Source of the DNA: Octopus sinensis
Taxonomy: Eukaryota
Reading direction: 5' to 3'
Length of the DNA: 64,000 bases
NCBI RefSeq assembly: GCF_006345805.1
Contig: NC_042998.1
Coordinates: forward strand, 129,580,001-129,644,000
The position numbers and the translations under genes are program-made. How positions within the stretch are numbered: position 1 is the first letter of the stretch; every line of letters starts with the position of its first letter. The notes below the pieces were generated by a model. It saw only the letters and a list, made by a program, of their open reading frames with translations, was not told the origin of the DNA and ran no database searches. Shown in pieces: positions 30,742 through 45,292 of the stretch.

Positions 30742-32947
30742 TTATAAATATATGTAACTGTATATATTTATATACATATGTATGTTCTCTCCTACAAATA
30801 TTCAAACTTTATATAACACATGCATACTTGCGTATATACAAGCATGCAATCATGCATGTATACTTACATACACAGGCACACACACATCACACGCGCGCAC
30901 ACACTTGCATACACACGCAAACACACATATACACATATATAAATGCACATGCTTGTGTGGGCTTGTGTATGATATTTTGTGTATAGATATATTTGTGTGC
31001 TTGAAAAGGGTAAAAGAGAGAAAATAGGAGTAAACTATGTATTCCTAAATAAAATTGAATAAAAGTAATAAAAATAAATAAATGTTTAGAAATTTCGACA
31101 AGTTTCTAAATCTTATCTTTCCGTTTTTCTGGTCTCTTTTAGATGTATTGACATGATTCCATACTAGCCTGAAATTAATAAGAGCAGTCATTGTTCTGTA
31201 CCGCTAAACAATTTACATTCAGACAACACGCTAGTGCTGATGCCTCAGTGTCTTCGTAGTTAGATAAAAGAGGAAAGGAATGATATAAAAAACAGAAAAC
31301 GGTCTTCATGCGTGTTAATTTAATTTCTAGAACCAAGAAGGTAAAGGGATTTCTTCTCTTTTTCTTTTTCATGTGTGTTATTTCCTATCTAAGCTATTTA
31401 AAGAAATAGAGTAACGCTTTCACATTTAGTTCCTGAAGGGAAGTTACACAGCCTGAAATCTCGGAGAGAAGATGCATAGCTAGATTTATATGTAGTGATG
31501 TATTTAGTGATGACTATATGAACAAAGATGCACAACTCGCAAGCATAGAAATGAAATCTATAAAGATACATCTATGGAAGCAAACAAATCCAATGGAAAT
31601 TAGATGCAAGAAAGAGAAAATAGAAATATCTTAGATCAGAGATAACACATAAGCTATACACCTACATCTATGGGAGCAAAGAAACCTTACACTCGAGTTA
31701 GGGAGAAAATTACAGCAAGAGGAGAAAGTTATTGATACAAGTGTGGAAACTTCGCTTCAAAAGTAGATAAATTAAGAATACAGAATTGAAGTTGGAAATG
31801 AGTATCTGCAGGCAGAGTAAGAATTAATTGCTGCTCCCATCCAGAAAGAATATAATGCTGCAGAAACTAATCAAACTAAACAGATGAATGTATGAGAATT
31901 TATTTAAATAAAAAAATAGGCGAGAAAAATGTGCAGCGTCATAACGTGTGTTAACTAGTGTGCTCATTGCTGGAATGACAAAATGAGAAAATGACGGAAT
32001 GTTTCTTACTTCTTTTATGTTTGTATATGTACATTCGTTTGTCTTGCTGAGGGGCTTAATGCTTTTAGGTTCGGTTATTCCAGACTCAGTCTGAAGTGGC
32101 AATTGTCTGCGACTGATCCGTGTATCTTGTTTTGTCCTGTTAGCCGTTGTTGTGCCATCGTCATTTTCCCGCTTGTTATGTCTCTGACGGTTTCTGTTTG
32201 TAGTGTTTTTTAAACCTCTTATATATATATATATTATATATATATATTATATATATATATATATATATATGATATATATATACTTAGAGAGAGAGGGTGG
32301 TATATATGGTTGTGTGTGTGTACATATATATATATATATATATATACATATTAAATCTTTCGAATTGATATAGCGAAAAATAAATGACATACACAAGGTG
32401 TGTGTTACATGAGATTATTTAGAACTTAATATAAAGGAATAATAAATATAAGGTGATAACCTGCGAAGAATTGTGGAAAATGTTGGACATTAACAATAAT
32501 AAAAGTTAGCATATATTTCTTAATAACTGACTTTATATAAAAGTTAAACCTGGTAAACTGCAACAGGTTGCAAGTAATTACATTATTCTCTGTACAAGAC
32601 GATGCTTTTCTGCTTTGTTTTATTGTAGAGGAATCCACTGAACCTTATTGTGACACTGCATAAAGAACTGGTAGGGTTTCGATTCACACGCATTTGCTCT
32701 GAACTAAGTTTTATGTTGAGAAATGTGGACCATTACATATGGTTCCATAAAAACTTACCACTCAACTTCGTGGAATTTCAAAAGGTTTTCGACAGAATTG
32801 ATTGATTGAGAAAATCGTGAGGGTGGGCCCCAGTTCATACTGACTGGGATTTCAAGTTTCGTTGAACGACTGGATTAACTGTTGAAAGAAATTTGAAGCC
32901 CTAGTACAAACAAAATTTACAAACACTTTTTGGTGTATATCTATCAC

Positions 32948-33053
<106 letters not shown>

Positions 33054-33129
33054 CCTATCTATATATCTATCTATATATCTATCTATCTATCTCTATCTCT
33101 CTGAATATATATGTATACCCCCAGGGAAT

Positions 33130-33600
33130 CAAACAAATGCATACATATACTTTAAGACAGTCGCAAATTCACACCTCTTTAGAGAATTTATATTCTCGCC
33201 CGTAAACAAGGTACCAGATAAAGAACTTCACTAAATAAAACAAATATTAATTAACAACGGATATACTAAGAGACTGGTAGATCGAGATATAAAAGAATAC
33301 ATACGCAAATACGATACAATAAATACACTGGAGAATAGTCCCAATAAAAAACACACCAATCACTAGATGAATCAAATGCATAAAAACTCTCAAACAGACG
33401 AATGCATAAACAAAAGTCTCATAAAACAGAGCACAAAAGCATCTAAACCCGAGAAAAAGTTACTAATGACCGATGTAATCTATAAATTTGACAGTAAAAC
33501 AGGAAGTTACAGACTTCATGACTCTAGCTGTTAGAATGGACATATTTAAATAACGCACTCTCATAGGCTCACCACGCATTTACAAGGAGTTATCTACAAC
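33130..33600 (+). pseudogene. Decayed Penelope-like RT-thumb/GIY-YIG fragment
   Basis: DKELH*IKQILINNGYTKRLVDRDIK and TDVIYKF resemble PLE thumb and GIY motifs. Many stops. Confidence 0.5.
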
Positions 33601-34139
33601 TCTATAACGCTCACCATTAAAATAAGGTAGAAAAATACTACGTGGTAATAATCAAATACTTACATATTCTATAAAATTTCTCTCATAAATTGTAGATTTC
33701 TCTTCGAAGTGGTACTTACATTACAATACAATGCTAAAAGAAACATGCAGACAACACACATATAGTAAAATCAACACCTATTGGCATGAAAACCTAAGAG
33801 TAAAAAATTTGACCAAAACAAGCAAATAAACACGTCAATGCTAACGTATAGGGCTAACGATATATATAAAAAAGAAAAACTTTAACAGTAAAGTCTACAT
33901 TAATTCCAAGCACTGGATAAGAAATAACACAGGTGGCCAATTACTTTCATTTTTTTTCAGAATGACACTATACATACGTAGAAACGACGAATGTGAGTTT
34001 ATTAAATTTTGTTCCAAACTAGCTACAATAATAATAATAAAAAACTATTAAATATATGAAAAATCTAAAATCTAAAAGAATAAAACTTGAACACGGACAT
34101 AGCATATGCACTCACGCGCACGCATGTATATATACATAA

Positions 34140-34620
34140 ATGTATGCCCAGCGGATGTTATCATAAAGCTAAAGATCAGTGAAAAAGAAAATACGTATGC
34201 TGAACTATTGAGAAATCCACAGTTACTCTATCCAGATTACAAGTTCAGATTTGTACCTGTAATTACTGGGGCACTGAGATATGTAACATACTGGCAAAGT
34301 ATCAATCTTGAGAAATTAGGATTCTCAAAACCAGAACGGAGAAAGCTGATTCGAAGACTACAGATCCAAGCCATTACTGGAACTGTAAACATCTGTACAA
34401 CTTTATAGAAATTTATCATTTAAGTATATAGGCGCATGTCTAGACATGCAATTATATGCATGAGAATTCATAGTTGAAACAAAACATAAAAATCTACACA
34501 TGCACCGACTACACATACTGCACATATACGTATACATGCACAAATATAATGTTGTTGAAGATCTAATGAAAGAGGTTCGGATCTAAGTTTGAAACTGGAA
34601 CTTTATTGGCAAGAAATTTT
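34140..34620 (+). mobile_element. 3' end of a restriction-like-endonuclease non-LTR retrotransposon
   Basis: CPADVII...EKENTYAELLR...FVPVITGAL...LQIQAITGTVNIC followed by a UTR. Confidence 0.6.
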
Positions 34621-35638
34621 GAAATAAATCAGAATAATGACATATATGCATACATATGTGTGTGCATTTGTGTGTACGTGTGCGCATGTAATTTAATTTA
34701 ATGGTTCTGCTGCGTATTTCGCTCAAATATACATCCGAAATGTTTTACAAGCTCTTGGGAGTAAACTATTCGAATGAATATCCCGAGTTACTATTTTTTA
34801 AATGAATAATTTTTCAGTACCACTGTCCATGCAGATATATGGTTGTATGTGTGTGTGTATCTATATGTGTGAATATGTGCATATATAAAATAAGCTACGC
34901 ACGAACGGAGAGAGATGAAAGGTGAATGAGAAAATCGGACGAGAAGCGAACTGTTTACTACCGAGCTATATTACTAAATAGAATAACAGAAATATTTCTG
35001 TGTTCATCATTAACCGAAAATGGTCATATTATATAAAGCGTATGTATTTATATATATGCCTGTATGCATGAATCAATGATTCCATCATTCTGTTTATGTA
35101 TGTTTGGTTGCATATGTCTTTGTATGCATACTTCTGTGTAATCACATGTAACTCTATACGAGCATGCAAAGGTGTGTCTCTTCTTGCGACATGTAAGAAA
35201 CAGAGTTGCTGTTCCATGATGATCATGTTTCTCGTCAATGATCTTCATATGATATAAGGTCACATCAACCATTAACGATTATCTTGTTTACACTGTAGAT
35301 GATACATACCACCTTGATATTTCAAGTTTTATTATTATTGATGTGTTTGTGAATATTTTTGATGATGTTGTTATTCTTATTGATTGCTGAATGAATGAGC
35401 ATGCTAGGAATGTTGTTATTAAAATACTTTGTGTCTTGCATCAAGCGTATATATTTATATACAAACACACACATGCACTCACACACATATGTTTATATGT
35501 ATTTATGAACTTTGTATTTTTCTTCTGCATCTATCTACTTATCTATCTTTATATCTGTATTTATATAACTATATACATATGTATGTGTGTGCGTGGAATC
35601 AAAGACTAGCTCATATATACACACATACATATACGCAC

Positions 35639-35676
<38 letters not shown>

Positions 35677-36019
35677 TGTTGTATATCAAATTTATATAAA
35701 AATCCAAATCATCTTTAGTACATACATTCATACGAGTGTAATATAGTTATATACTTTATATGAATATTAAATTATACATTGCGTTACCTATATATATCTA
35801 TATTCTAGTTTTGCGCAATACTTCTTTCATGTAATATTTTTTTCTCTGTCTAAGTGGTGTGTGTGTCTTTCTGTCTGTCTGTCTCTTTCTCTTCTCTATA
35901 TAATATATATATATATATATAATATATATATATATGTATGTATGTATATATATGTGTGATGTATATGCATATATGATATATATATATATATATATATAAT
36001 ATATATATATATATAATAT

Positions 36020-36055
<36 letters not shown>

Positions 36056-36057
<2 letters not shown>

Positions 36058-36842
36058 GAAATATTAAAATAACTAAGTCTCTCTAAAAGAGAACAGCGGC
36101 AGCGTTCCCGGAAAATAATAGTTATCGCCATACTAATATGGCATTCTTATAAAAATAAGAAAAAAGCTGTCCGCTTATTAGCTCCATGAGGCCATCGCCT
36201 TAAGTTAGCTATTTGATACACAAACTGTATCCATATAACCTTCGAATAAGGGAGGTCAGTCGCTCCACACTACTTGACCGGCAGCTACAGACGCGTTTCG
36301 GGGTATTGCCCCTTTTCAATGCAGCGTAGCCAGCCAGTAGGTGTCGCTTCCGACAATCTCTGTTCGATGGTTTTATTTACCTAGTTTCGGTAGAATACAT
36401 CCACTTGTTTTCAATAATAGAAATATTAAAATAACTAAGTCTCTCTAAAAGAGAACAGCGGCAGCCTTCCGGAAAATAATAGTTATCGCCATACTAATAT
36501 GGCATTCTTATAAAAATAAGAAAAAAGCTGTCCGCTTATTAGCTCCATGAGGCCATCGCCTTAAGTTAGCTATTTGATACACAAACTGTATCCATATAAC
36601 CTTCGAACAAGGGAGGTCAGTCGCTCAACACTACTTGACCGGCAGCTACAGACGCGTTTCGGGGTATTGCCCCTTTTTGTGTATCAAATAGCTAACTTAA
36701 GGCGATGGCCTCATGGAGCTAATAAGCGGACAGCTTTTTTCTTATTTTTATAAGAATGCCATATTAGTATGGCGATAACTATTATTTTCCGGGAACGCTG
36801 CCGCTGTTCTCTTTTAGAGAGACTTAGTTATTTTAATATTTC

Positions 36843-36845
<3 letters not shown>
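36056..36845 (-). mobile_element. Non-coding PLE-type element: 362-bp unit, partial tandem unit and inverted tail, between (TA)n tracts
   Basis: Direct repeat offset 362 bp (36058/36420). The second unit stops at ~36678, and 36678-36845 is the reverse complement of 36056-36223. Confidence 0.75.
36284..36325 (-). ncRNA. Minimal type-I hammerhead ribozyme with U3:A8 core
   Basis: GCTGCA-TTGAAAA-GGGG/CAATA/CCCC-GAAA-CGC-GTC^-TGTAGC. It has a 6-bp stem I, 4-bp stem II and palindromic ACGCGT stem III. Confidence 0.7.
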
Positions 36846-36920
<75 letters not shown>

Positions 36921-37148
36921 GCTTATATGTATGTATACACATATACATATATAAATTCTAAATATATTAGAGGGTACACGAAGCACTAGCTTGCTCGAGA
37001 GTTGAACTGAAAACCGCCAACTTAACCACCAATCTTACTGAAAATATGTAACGGACCAACAGAATTGGGCAAGCGAGTTATATTTACACATACACACACA
37101 CACACACAAACACACCGCACGCACACACGCGCATATATATATATACAC

Positions 37149-37181
<33 letters not shown>

Positions 37182-37354
37182 TTTGCATATATGTAACGGA
37201 AATATTTTGAACATGCGTATAAAAGCTCCTATTCTCTTATGATATAGCCTAATGATATCACAGGCGACACCAATTTTTGGAGGTTGCATCGAGCTGTGCC
37301 GATATAATGTAGGATAAATATAGTAATAGTAGTAGTAGTAGTAATAGTAGAAAA

Positions 37355-37385
<31 letters not shown>

Positions 37386-37386
37386 G

Positions 37387-37437
<51 letters not shown>

Positions 37438-37469
37438 ATAATAATAATAATAATAATAATCATTATTAT

Positions 37470-38035
37470 TGAACAGGTCTGGCTTGTAAGCGTAAAACTC
37501 GTAGGGGTGACCATACAAACCAAACGATTTACCCATCGTGCAGCTAACTATCGTTTCCCTTATTTCAAAGGCAGTTACCACCATACGCAGCGCTCCGCCT
37601 CCGTCGCCGAAAGCCGCGGTATTCCGTCGAGGTAGAATGTGAAATCCATCTTGCGACCCGGCTCACCGCTGTTCCCCAACAGTTGAGCGAAGCGCCGCTA
37701 AAAGCAGCACACATCTGTTTCGGATTAGTTATCAATTGCCTTTCGCGGTCCGCTAAGGATCAGATTGTGGATTTATTGCCACTCGGGTCCATTAAACGGC
37801 TTTCGTCCCCTCGTGTCTAAGTAGTCGTGCCTTAGCTCTGACAACGCAATCTTCGTGTTTCGCGTTGAAGAATTGGTCGAGTACCAATCTCTCTGCAAGC
37901 ACGTCGGTCGCGATGCCTTTTCTATAAAGCCGCATCCACCTTCTTGATTAGCTTTGTCTCTACTCTGTTTCCTAATGCTACCCATCCCCAAGCTTTCAGC
38001 CATACTGTAGAATCTCTTGTCCTTCATTTGCCCTA
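37470..38035 (-). pseudogene. L1/Tx1-clade LINE ORF2 fragment (endonuclease-RT linker and RT start)
   Basis: LDQFFNAKHEDCVVRAKARLLRHEG...YLDGIPRLSATEAERC...EIRETIVSCTMGKSFGLYGHPYEFY, matching the GKSPGxDGLPxEFY motif. Confidence 0.7.
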
Positions 38036-38119
38036 GAACGCTGTGTGTGTGTGAGTGTGTGACGGCAAGTGATTGCATCAAACATGCAGATCAAATGTTA
38101 TAATAACAATAATAATAAT

Positions 38120-38258
<139 letters not shown>

Positions 38259-38344
38259 TAATAATAATAATAATAATAGAAATAATAATAATTATTATTA
38301 ATAGAATAATTTCATTTATTTGCTACAAGTGCGAAGGATGAGGA

Positions 38345-38777
38345 GTTAATACGAAGACAGTCTGGTGGTTTACATATAATGAAATGATAAAAAAAAATGA
38401 AAGAAAGGAAGTAAGCATACACGGAATACACTGAAAAAGAAGGAATATATGTGTAGCATATGATGGTGTGAAAAAAAGGGTGGGGAGGATGATAGAGATG
38501 TGGCCCTCCTGATTCAGGAATGCCTCTAGGGATAATCGAGGAACCCCACTGTCGGAGTTTTCCCTGAAAACCCAGATTATTTCCTCATGAAGGAATTGCA
38601 CTCTCCAATTCCATCTCTCCGACTCACGGCTCTACACTTAGAGACGTACATTCCACTCTTGCCATTTCTGCAAATTTCACCCACCTTTCGATAAACTCAC
38701 TCGAGGACAGCACTATCCTCTCCACTCTCATTTTCCTTTTTAAGTGAAACTTGAAGAAGTCAATGAGAGTTCTGCGA

Positions 38778-38780
<3 letters not shown>
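38345..38780 (-). mobile_element. Probable L1/Tx1-type ORF2 C-terminus and 3' UTR
   Basis: [17 protein letters not shown]...EFIERW...* followed by a pyrimidine-rich UTR. Assigned by resemblance only. Confidence 0.4.
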
Positions 38781-38849
<69 letters not shown>

Positions 38850-38852
<3 letters not shown>

Positions 38853-39250
38853 TTTTTAATAGAAAGCAGCATATTCCCTAATGAGCAAAAAGGATGTAAA
38901 CGTGGATCTTATGGTTGTAAAGATCAGCTACGCATCAATAAGATGATCTTAGAAGATTGTCACAAACGACACAAAAACTTGTCAATAGCCTGGATAGACT
39001 ATAAAAAAGCTTTTGATAGCCTACCACATAGCTGGATTAAGAAATGTCTGGAAATGTATAAAATAGCGCCTACTTGCAAAACTTTTAGTCTGTAAGTATG
39101 AGATCACGGAGAACCACACTGATTTTGAACAGTGACAATGAATCTCTAACTGCTGGAGATGTAAAAATTTCATGTGGCATTTTCCAGGGTGAGTCACTAT
39201 CACTACTCCTCTTTTGTTTATCCTTAATACCTCTCTCAAAATTGTTATAA
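38850..39250 (+). pseudogene. R4/Dong-like RT core fragment, directly after (TAA)n
   Basis: [49 protein letters not shown]. Confidence 0.85.
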
Positions 39251-40611
39251 AATGAGAAGACGCAAAATATGTTTGTTAATTTGAATTATTTCTTTATACG
39301 TTTAAAGATTTTGACACTCATCTATGGTATGGATCTGAAAAATTCAAAGATGAAGACTAATGTTTAATAATGGCAATACAAGTGTCATTCTGGACAATAG
39401 GCTTGTGGTTAAATCATCCGGCCTATTTTGATAAAATATCAAATACATTACATATAGTGAGCTTTTTATCCTGGTTTGCTGAGACAAAATATGAAAATTC
39501 TTTTATTTCGTACGAAGAAACCATTTAGCTTTCGACGAGTTCATAGGGTTATTTGAATAGTTATTTAAGTGAGTATTTAAAAACAATGCAAACTCTTTAA
39601 ATTTCCACCGCTTTTGATTCAATACTACTCTTCAGGATGTAACTGGGGCTAGATGACACCAACTGCATTTGTGAACTTATATACATCCACTATCTTAGAC
39701 ATTCACGCTCCTCGTTTCTAAGAGGAAAATTAAAAGAGAATTGCCTTTCAAGTATAATAAGAGCAAAATAATCCAGGATTGAGCACAAGATTTTACACAA
39801 CTGTTCATCGTATTGCAATGATCTGCACAGTTCTGTTATACTTAAAGGAAGGTGGATGAAATGTTGATAGTTAAGCGCTTGGGAGTTAAGGTGAGTGAAA
39901 TGTTGGGAGTTAAAAGCAATGGTATTTGTGGTGAACAAATGGTTCACAAATCTTAGATGATTCTATGGAATCATTGCCAATATTGCTAAGTAATATTCTA
40001 CTAAATTAACTTTGAAAACCTTACTAGGAGATCAGTGTTGTGCATCTATACTTCAGAACTGCGTCTTGCTTTCATTGCCAGAGCATTTACTTCTTAACGT
40101 AGACCAGGATACCATAAATCAGTGATTAGCAGTGCTACCCTCTAATTCATTAATTATTTGGTATATAATAATGCTGACTTCAATTTTTTCAGCGTGATAG
40201 GATTATTATTCTGTCCGAGAGAAATAGTGTCTCTTTCTCTGATTCATTTCGTAAAACAACAAACAGGTTTTTCGCGATATCACTGGCTGTTTTTTTTTTT
40301 GAGGAGGGGGTATCATTCTGTTACAGAATGATACCTCCTCAAAAAAATCCGCCAAGCGGATTTTCTGTCTGGCATTCAGTATTTGGATTCCTATTGGTGA
40401 ACACCGGCAATTTGGTGAAATCACGAATTTCGCCACACGCCGGTGTTGACGACATTTATTCAACTGATATAGAATTTCGATGCTTTTTAGCTTTGGCGTC
40501 TACGCGAAATGATTTTTTGAGATGTTTACCGCAGTCTACAACGTTTTAAACCCACTTTAATTAAGATATGCTAATTAATATTCGTTACAAAACCTGATTC
40601 TCTCCTAATAA

Positions 40612-40652
<41 letters not shown>

Positions 40653-41164
40653 AATTGAAAAGCGTTTTTATGTATATGCATATATATGTGAGCGACCATT
40701 TATGTGTACATATGGGCCGATTCTTAAAGGTCACCTAAGGACAATCGCTCGTATAACCAGCCATAAAGAACAAATCAATAATACAAAGAAATCAAATGAC
40801 AATCCTTTTAAAACGGCAATCACTTTAACAGTACCAGAATCAGCATCCCACTACATTTATACATTCAAAGCAAACGGTCCTTCAGCAACAAAGCACCTTT
40901 GATAAACTCAGTTGCTACTACTAAATTCAAGCCATGACAGACAGAGTGGATGCTCGTCAAATCGACAAATTGTCTAACAACTGGTAGTCAACTTGGGATT
41001 GGAACAATAGAATGAATGCGTTACACAATTAATTCTCATCTGCCCTTAACCTCTCATCAAAAACCATCGGGCATATATTCATTATAGATGCGTTATTACC
41101 GTGCTATTTATCACTCCTTCGTTCATGTCCGCCGTTCCATTTAGCCTTCCGCAGGAGCGAACCC

Positions 41165-41197
41165 AAAAGCCCACACGGAGTGCGGCTTTTAAGCTAG
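41165..41197 (+). mobile_element. Probable Helitron 3' terminus
   Basis: Hairpin AAAAGCC-CAC..GTG-C-GGCTTTT followed by CTAG|T. The 5' end was not found. Confidence 0.4.
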
Positions 41198-41241
<44 letters not shown>

Positions 41242-41660
41242 AAACATATATAGGGTAGCGAACATTCGTTATAAATATCAACACCAGTGATATAATGACG
41301 GGACACGAGTTATCTTGTCTCTAAATTATAAGTTAGTTATTGAGGCCGGTTACTGACTAGAATTCGCCTGGCGGATAATATTGTTTTGCTAAATTACCTA
41401 TTAAAAGATGGCAAATAATCTTGTTTACTAAAGAAATTCGAAATCATGGTATAACCGCTAAAAAAATTAGGTAAAAGTTTTTATTTTTCATTTACTTCGA
41501 AAATTGCTATTAAATAGTGGTTTTGGTCGTGCTGCTATTTCTAGCATGTAAAAAATACCTGTTAAAGGGTAGTTTTCTTTTGTGTTTAGCGTACACTATT
41601 TTAATATATATCTTCTTATCTATATCTATATCTATATCTATATCTATATCTATACACATA

Positions 41661-41696
<36 letters not shown>

Positions 41697-42089
41697 ACAC
41701 ACACACACACACACACGCACACACATATATATATATATGAACGCATTTCACAAACCGTATCATAGGGCAGGTCTAGCAATGTAATCCGGTGGTGGAGTGG
41801 GAGAAGACTATAACTGAAAACAAAGGCAGCAACACTCAATCTTTCAGTTTCGGGCTTCATAAAGTATTCTTTCCTATGCTAATAAGTTGTGCTTACTCTT
41901 CTTAGTCCATGTTTTATAATTTAAGTATTAGTAGTCGAAAACTGGATCTATTACATTCAGAAAAGCAACCAGTAACACGCATAACTCCACCCATTTATAA
42001 TCACGCGAACACACATTTACTCACTTATAATCACATGCACACTGAAATAGTTAAATACAACAATATGCATGTATATATGTATATATGTA

Positions 42090-42130
<41 letters not shown>

Positions 42131-42159
42131 AGATGTATGTATGCATGTATATATGTGTA

Positions 42160-42236
<77 letters not shown>

Positions 42237-42523
42237 CTCTCTCTCTATATATATATATATACACACGCACACACACGTATGTTTTTATATGCTCATGTAT
42301 GTGTAGTTTTCAGATAAATCATGTAACAAGTAAGCCAGACAGATTATTCACGTTAAGTGATGCATGACAAATTCTTTTTTGGTTCCCTGGTTCTGTTCAC
42401 TTTACTGAGCAAATATATAGGTTCTATAAACACTAACAAATGACGACTTCAGTAGTAGCTGGGTGGCAGATGGATTGACACAGTGTAGCTGATCAAAACG
42501 GACAGAATACTGAAGTGACCAAT

Positions 42524-42554
<31 letters not shown>

Positions 42555-43184
42555 GTCACATTCGCACACATATATATTCTCATGCACACACTGTATATTT
42601 ATATATACTTGTGTGCGTAAACGCTAACCTGCCTTGGGTGGACTGGTTTTGTAAAATCTATTTTGAGACCCGCTGTTTTCTATCTGTGGACAGATAAATG
42701 TGGTCCAGATATTAGCTTCTGGCACCCTTCTCTCAAATAAAGGAAAATACCCTATGCATACACCTGCAGATTGAAAAATATCGGTTGTGCAACGCTTGCT
42801 CCTCTGGTGGTCAGGCTGATCCTGTATATTCAGGATTGCATGACTGGCCCTTATTGGAGTCTGTCTTCTATCAGGAAGACTGCATTGTTCAGTTGTTCAC
42901 ATAATTTGTATGCAATTTATATTCTTCTCTCATTTCTCGCTCCTGACTTTTTTCCTGTTTTTCTTTTTATGTAACCCTACAACAAGTATACTCTATCATT
43001 GTGATACAAAGTATACACTGTCCTGATAGCAAATAATATAAAGGAGTATTATTATCATTATTAGTGTTGTTGTTATTATTATCATTATCATTCTTGTTCT
43101 TGTTCTTGTTCTCGTTCTTGTTATTGCTGTTGTAGTTGTTGTTGTTGTTGTTCTTCTTCTTCTTCTTAATAATAATATTAATAA

Positions 43185-43266
<82 letters not shown>

Positions 43267-43499
43267 GAGTACACCAGGTACAGCCCATCCCGCTCAAAAG
43301 TTCTCTGAATAAGGGTTGTTTAAGGATGTTGAATGAAACACCCATGTTTCCAAAGGCGAATTATCCAAACCCCAAAGAATTCCTCTTAACATATGGCTAT
43401 AACCCCCACCCCCATTACTTCTGCTCGTGATCCGAGTGCACATATCATCAGCGACTTAGGAACCTTTTTCATTGACCACAACTGCTTAATCTCCTAAGC

Positions 43500-43960
43500 T
43501 AACCTGGTATGTCTATTGACGTTTCTTTCTTCCTTATCGCGTACCTCGTTGTCAGCTGGGCATGCTATATCTGCGATGCAGCATTATTTGCTTTCTTTCA
43601 CAATTAACACTATGTCTGGTTTCCTGTTCTCTATCTCATGGTCATATTGAATCAAACAATTCCATAGGACCTTTGCATTATCATTTTCGGGTTTATGTTC
43701 TTACCACTTTTTTGCTCTATCAAGTCCAAACTTGTTGCAAAGTGTCCAGTGCGTAATCTTTGCTATATTGTCATGACGTCTCATATTCTTTCTGGGCTAG
43801 TGGCGTATATTGACTGGTAATATGCCATAAAGTTTCACCATTTTGCTCACAAATTTTACACTTATCACTTTCTGATGTGTTGTTTATTCTGTATTTGATG
43901 TAATTGGTTCTTAATACTTGCTCTTAGGCAGCACACACTTAAGCCTTCGTTTCCGGTTTT
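43500..43960 (-). pseudogene. R4/Dong-like zinc-knuckle plus REL endonuclease fragment
   Basis: EQVLRTNYIK...DKCKICEQNGETLWHITS...KVLWN..IQYDHEIENRKPDIVL. Confidence 0.75.
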
Positions 43961-44374
43961 ATGTCACTTTTATTATTATTATTGTTGTTGCTGTTACTGT
44001 TATTGTTGCCTTTGCACAGCCTCTAACGCTGGAGATGTACTACAGCGTCAGCTAATCACTCCCAGTAAACTAAGGTAACACGTCTTATATTTCGAGCACC
44101 TTCAGACTGGAGAACATGAGACAGGACATGTGCATTTGGTGGTCAGGATAATCCTGGATCTGTGAATTCCTTGACTGGCACTACCTGGAGTCACTCGTGT
44201 ATCAGGAGTATTGCGTCATTTATGTTATTTTATAATTTTGTACTCTATCTGTACTTTTTACTGTCTCTTCCATTTCTTTCTCCCCATTCTCTATGTAAAT
44301 CTCCACACAAATTGTTGTATGTCCTTATAATGTCTTTGACACTATGCCCTGTGGCTAATAAAATAAATTATTAT

Positions 44375-45029
44375 CATTATTATTCAGTAGTCTTATTTTT
44401 CTCACGCGTTTTCACTGCACTACCAAGTGCAGTTTTATGTGCCTTGGGCTGTGGTTTGTTGTGATGCTCTTATTTTCCCTATATTCAAAGTGATTACATA
44501 GGACGTGAGCGTTACCTAGTAGTGCTATTTTCTGTATGTTATATATGCTTGAAAGGCCTGGTGCTTTATTTTGTATTTGTCTGAAAGTTTCGGTAATCCA
44601 TCCAAGCCATATTTAGACACGTCTTTCTGCGACTGTTTTCAGTTATGGATTTATTGATCAGTAGCTGATCTTTACAGCCGTATGAGCCCTTGCAGCATCC
44701 CTTCTCCTCTTCTGGAAACAGGTTGTTTTTCTTTCAGATGTTTGTCCATTCTCTGCGATAGTATCGCAGTAAATGCTTTGAAATTTGTGGGGAGACAAGT
44801 TATCGGCCTGTAATTTTGTGGGTTTGCCGTTTCAGTTTATTTATATTCCCGTTTATTTGGAAATTAGGATAGTTTTCTCTTCCGTGAGTCATTCAGGCAT
44901 TGTTAGTATTTCATTAAATTTCTCAGCCAGCATTTTGTGTGTTCTTGTTAGATACTTTAACCAGAAGTTGGGGATCTTGTCGTGCCCGGGTGCCTTCCAG
45001 TTGCTTAGTTTTTGCAGTGGTTGGGTGAC

Positions 45030-45030
<1 letters not shown>
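44375..45030 (-). mobile_element. Internally deleted R4/Dong-like element (RT N-part joined to the 3' end), TAA-type flanks
   Basis: NWKAPGHDKIPNFWLK...[20 protein letters not shown] then IQKIALLGNAH and terminus 'ctactg'. Confidence 0.75.
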
Positions 45031-45107
<77 letters not shown>

Positions 45108-45108
<1 letters not shown>

Positions 45109-45292
45109 CCGGAGAAAGTATTTAGCGACATCTCGTCCGTCTGTACGTTGTGAGTTCAAATACTGCCGAGGTTGACTCTGCCTTTCATCCTTTCTGGATG
45201 AAGTAAGTTGAACACTGTTGAACACTGGAGTTGATGTAATCGACTTATACCCGCCCCCGAAATTGCTGGTCGTGTGCCAAAATTTGAAACCA
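45108..45292 (+). mobile_element. SINE family A (5'-truncated)
   Basis: 'gagttcaaatactgccgaggttgactctgcctttcatcc...aaatttgaaacc'. Confidence 0.65.

Noticed and set aside
32740-32900. LNFVEFQKVFDRID RT-like motif
   Set aside because: It may be an ancient LINE relic, but it is a single short motif and too little to annotate.
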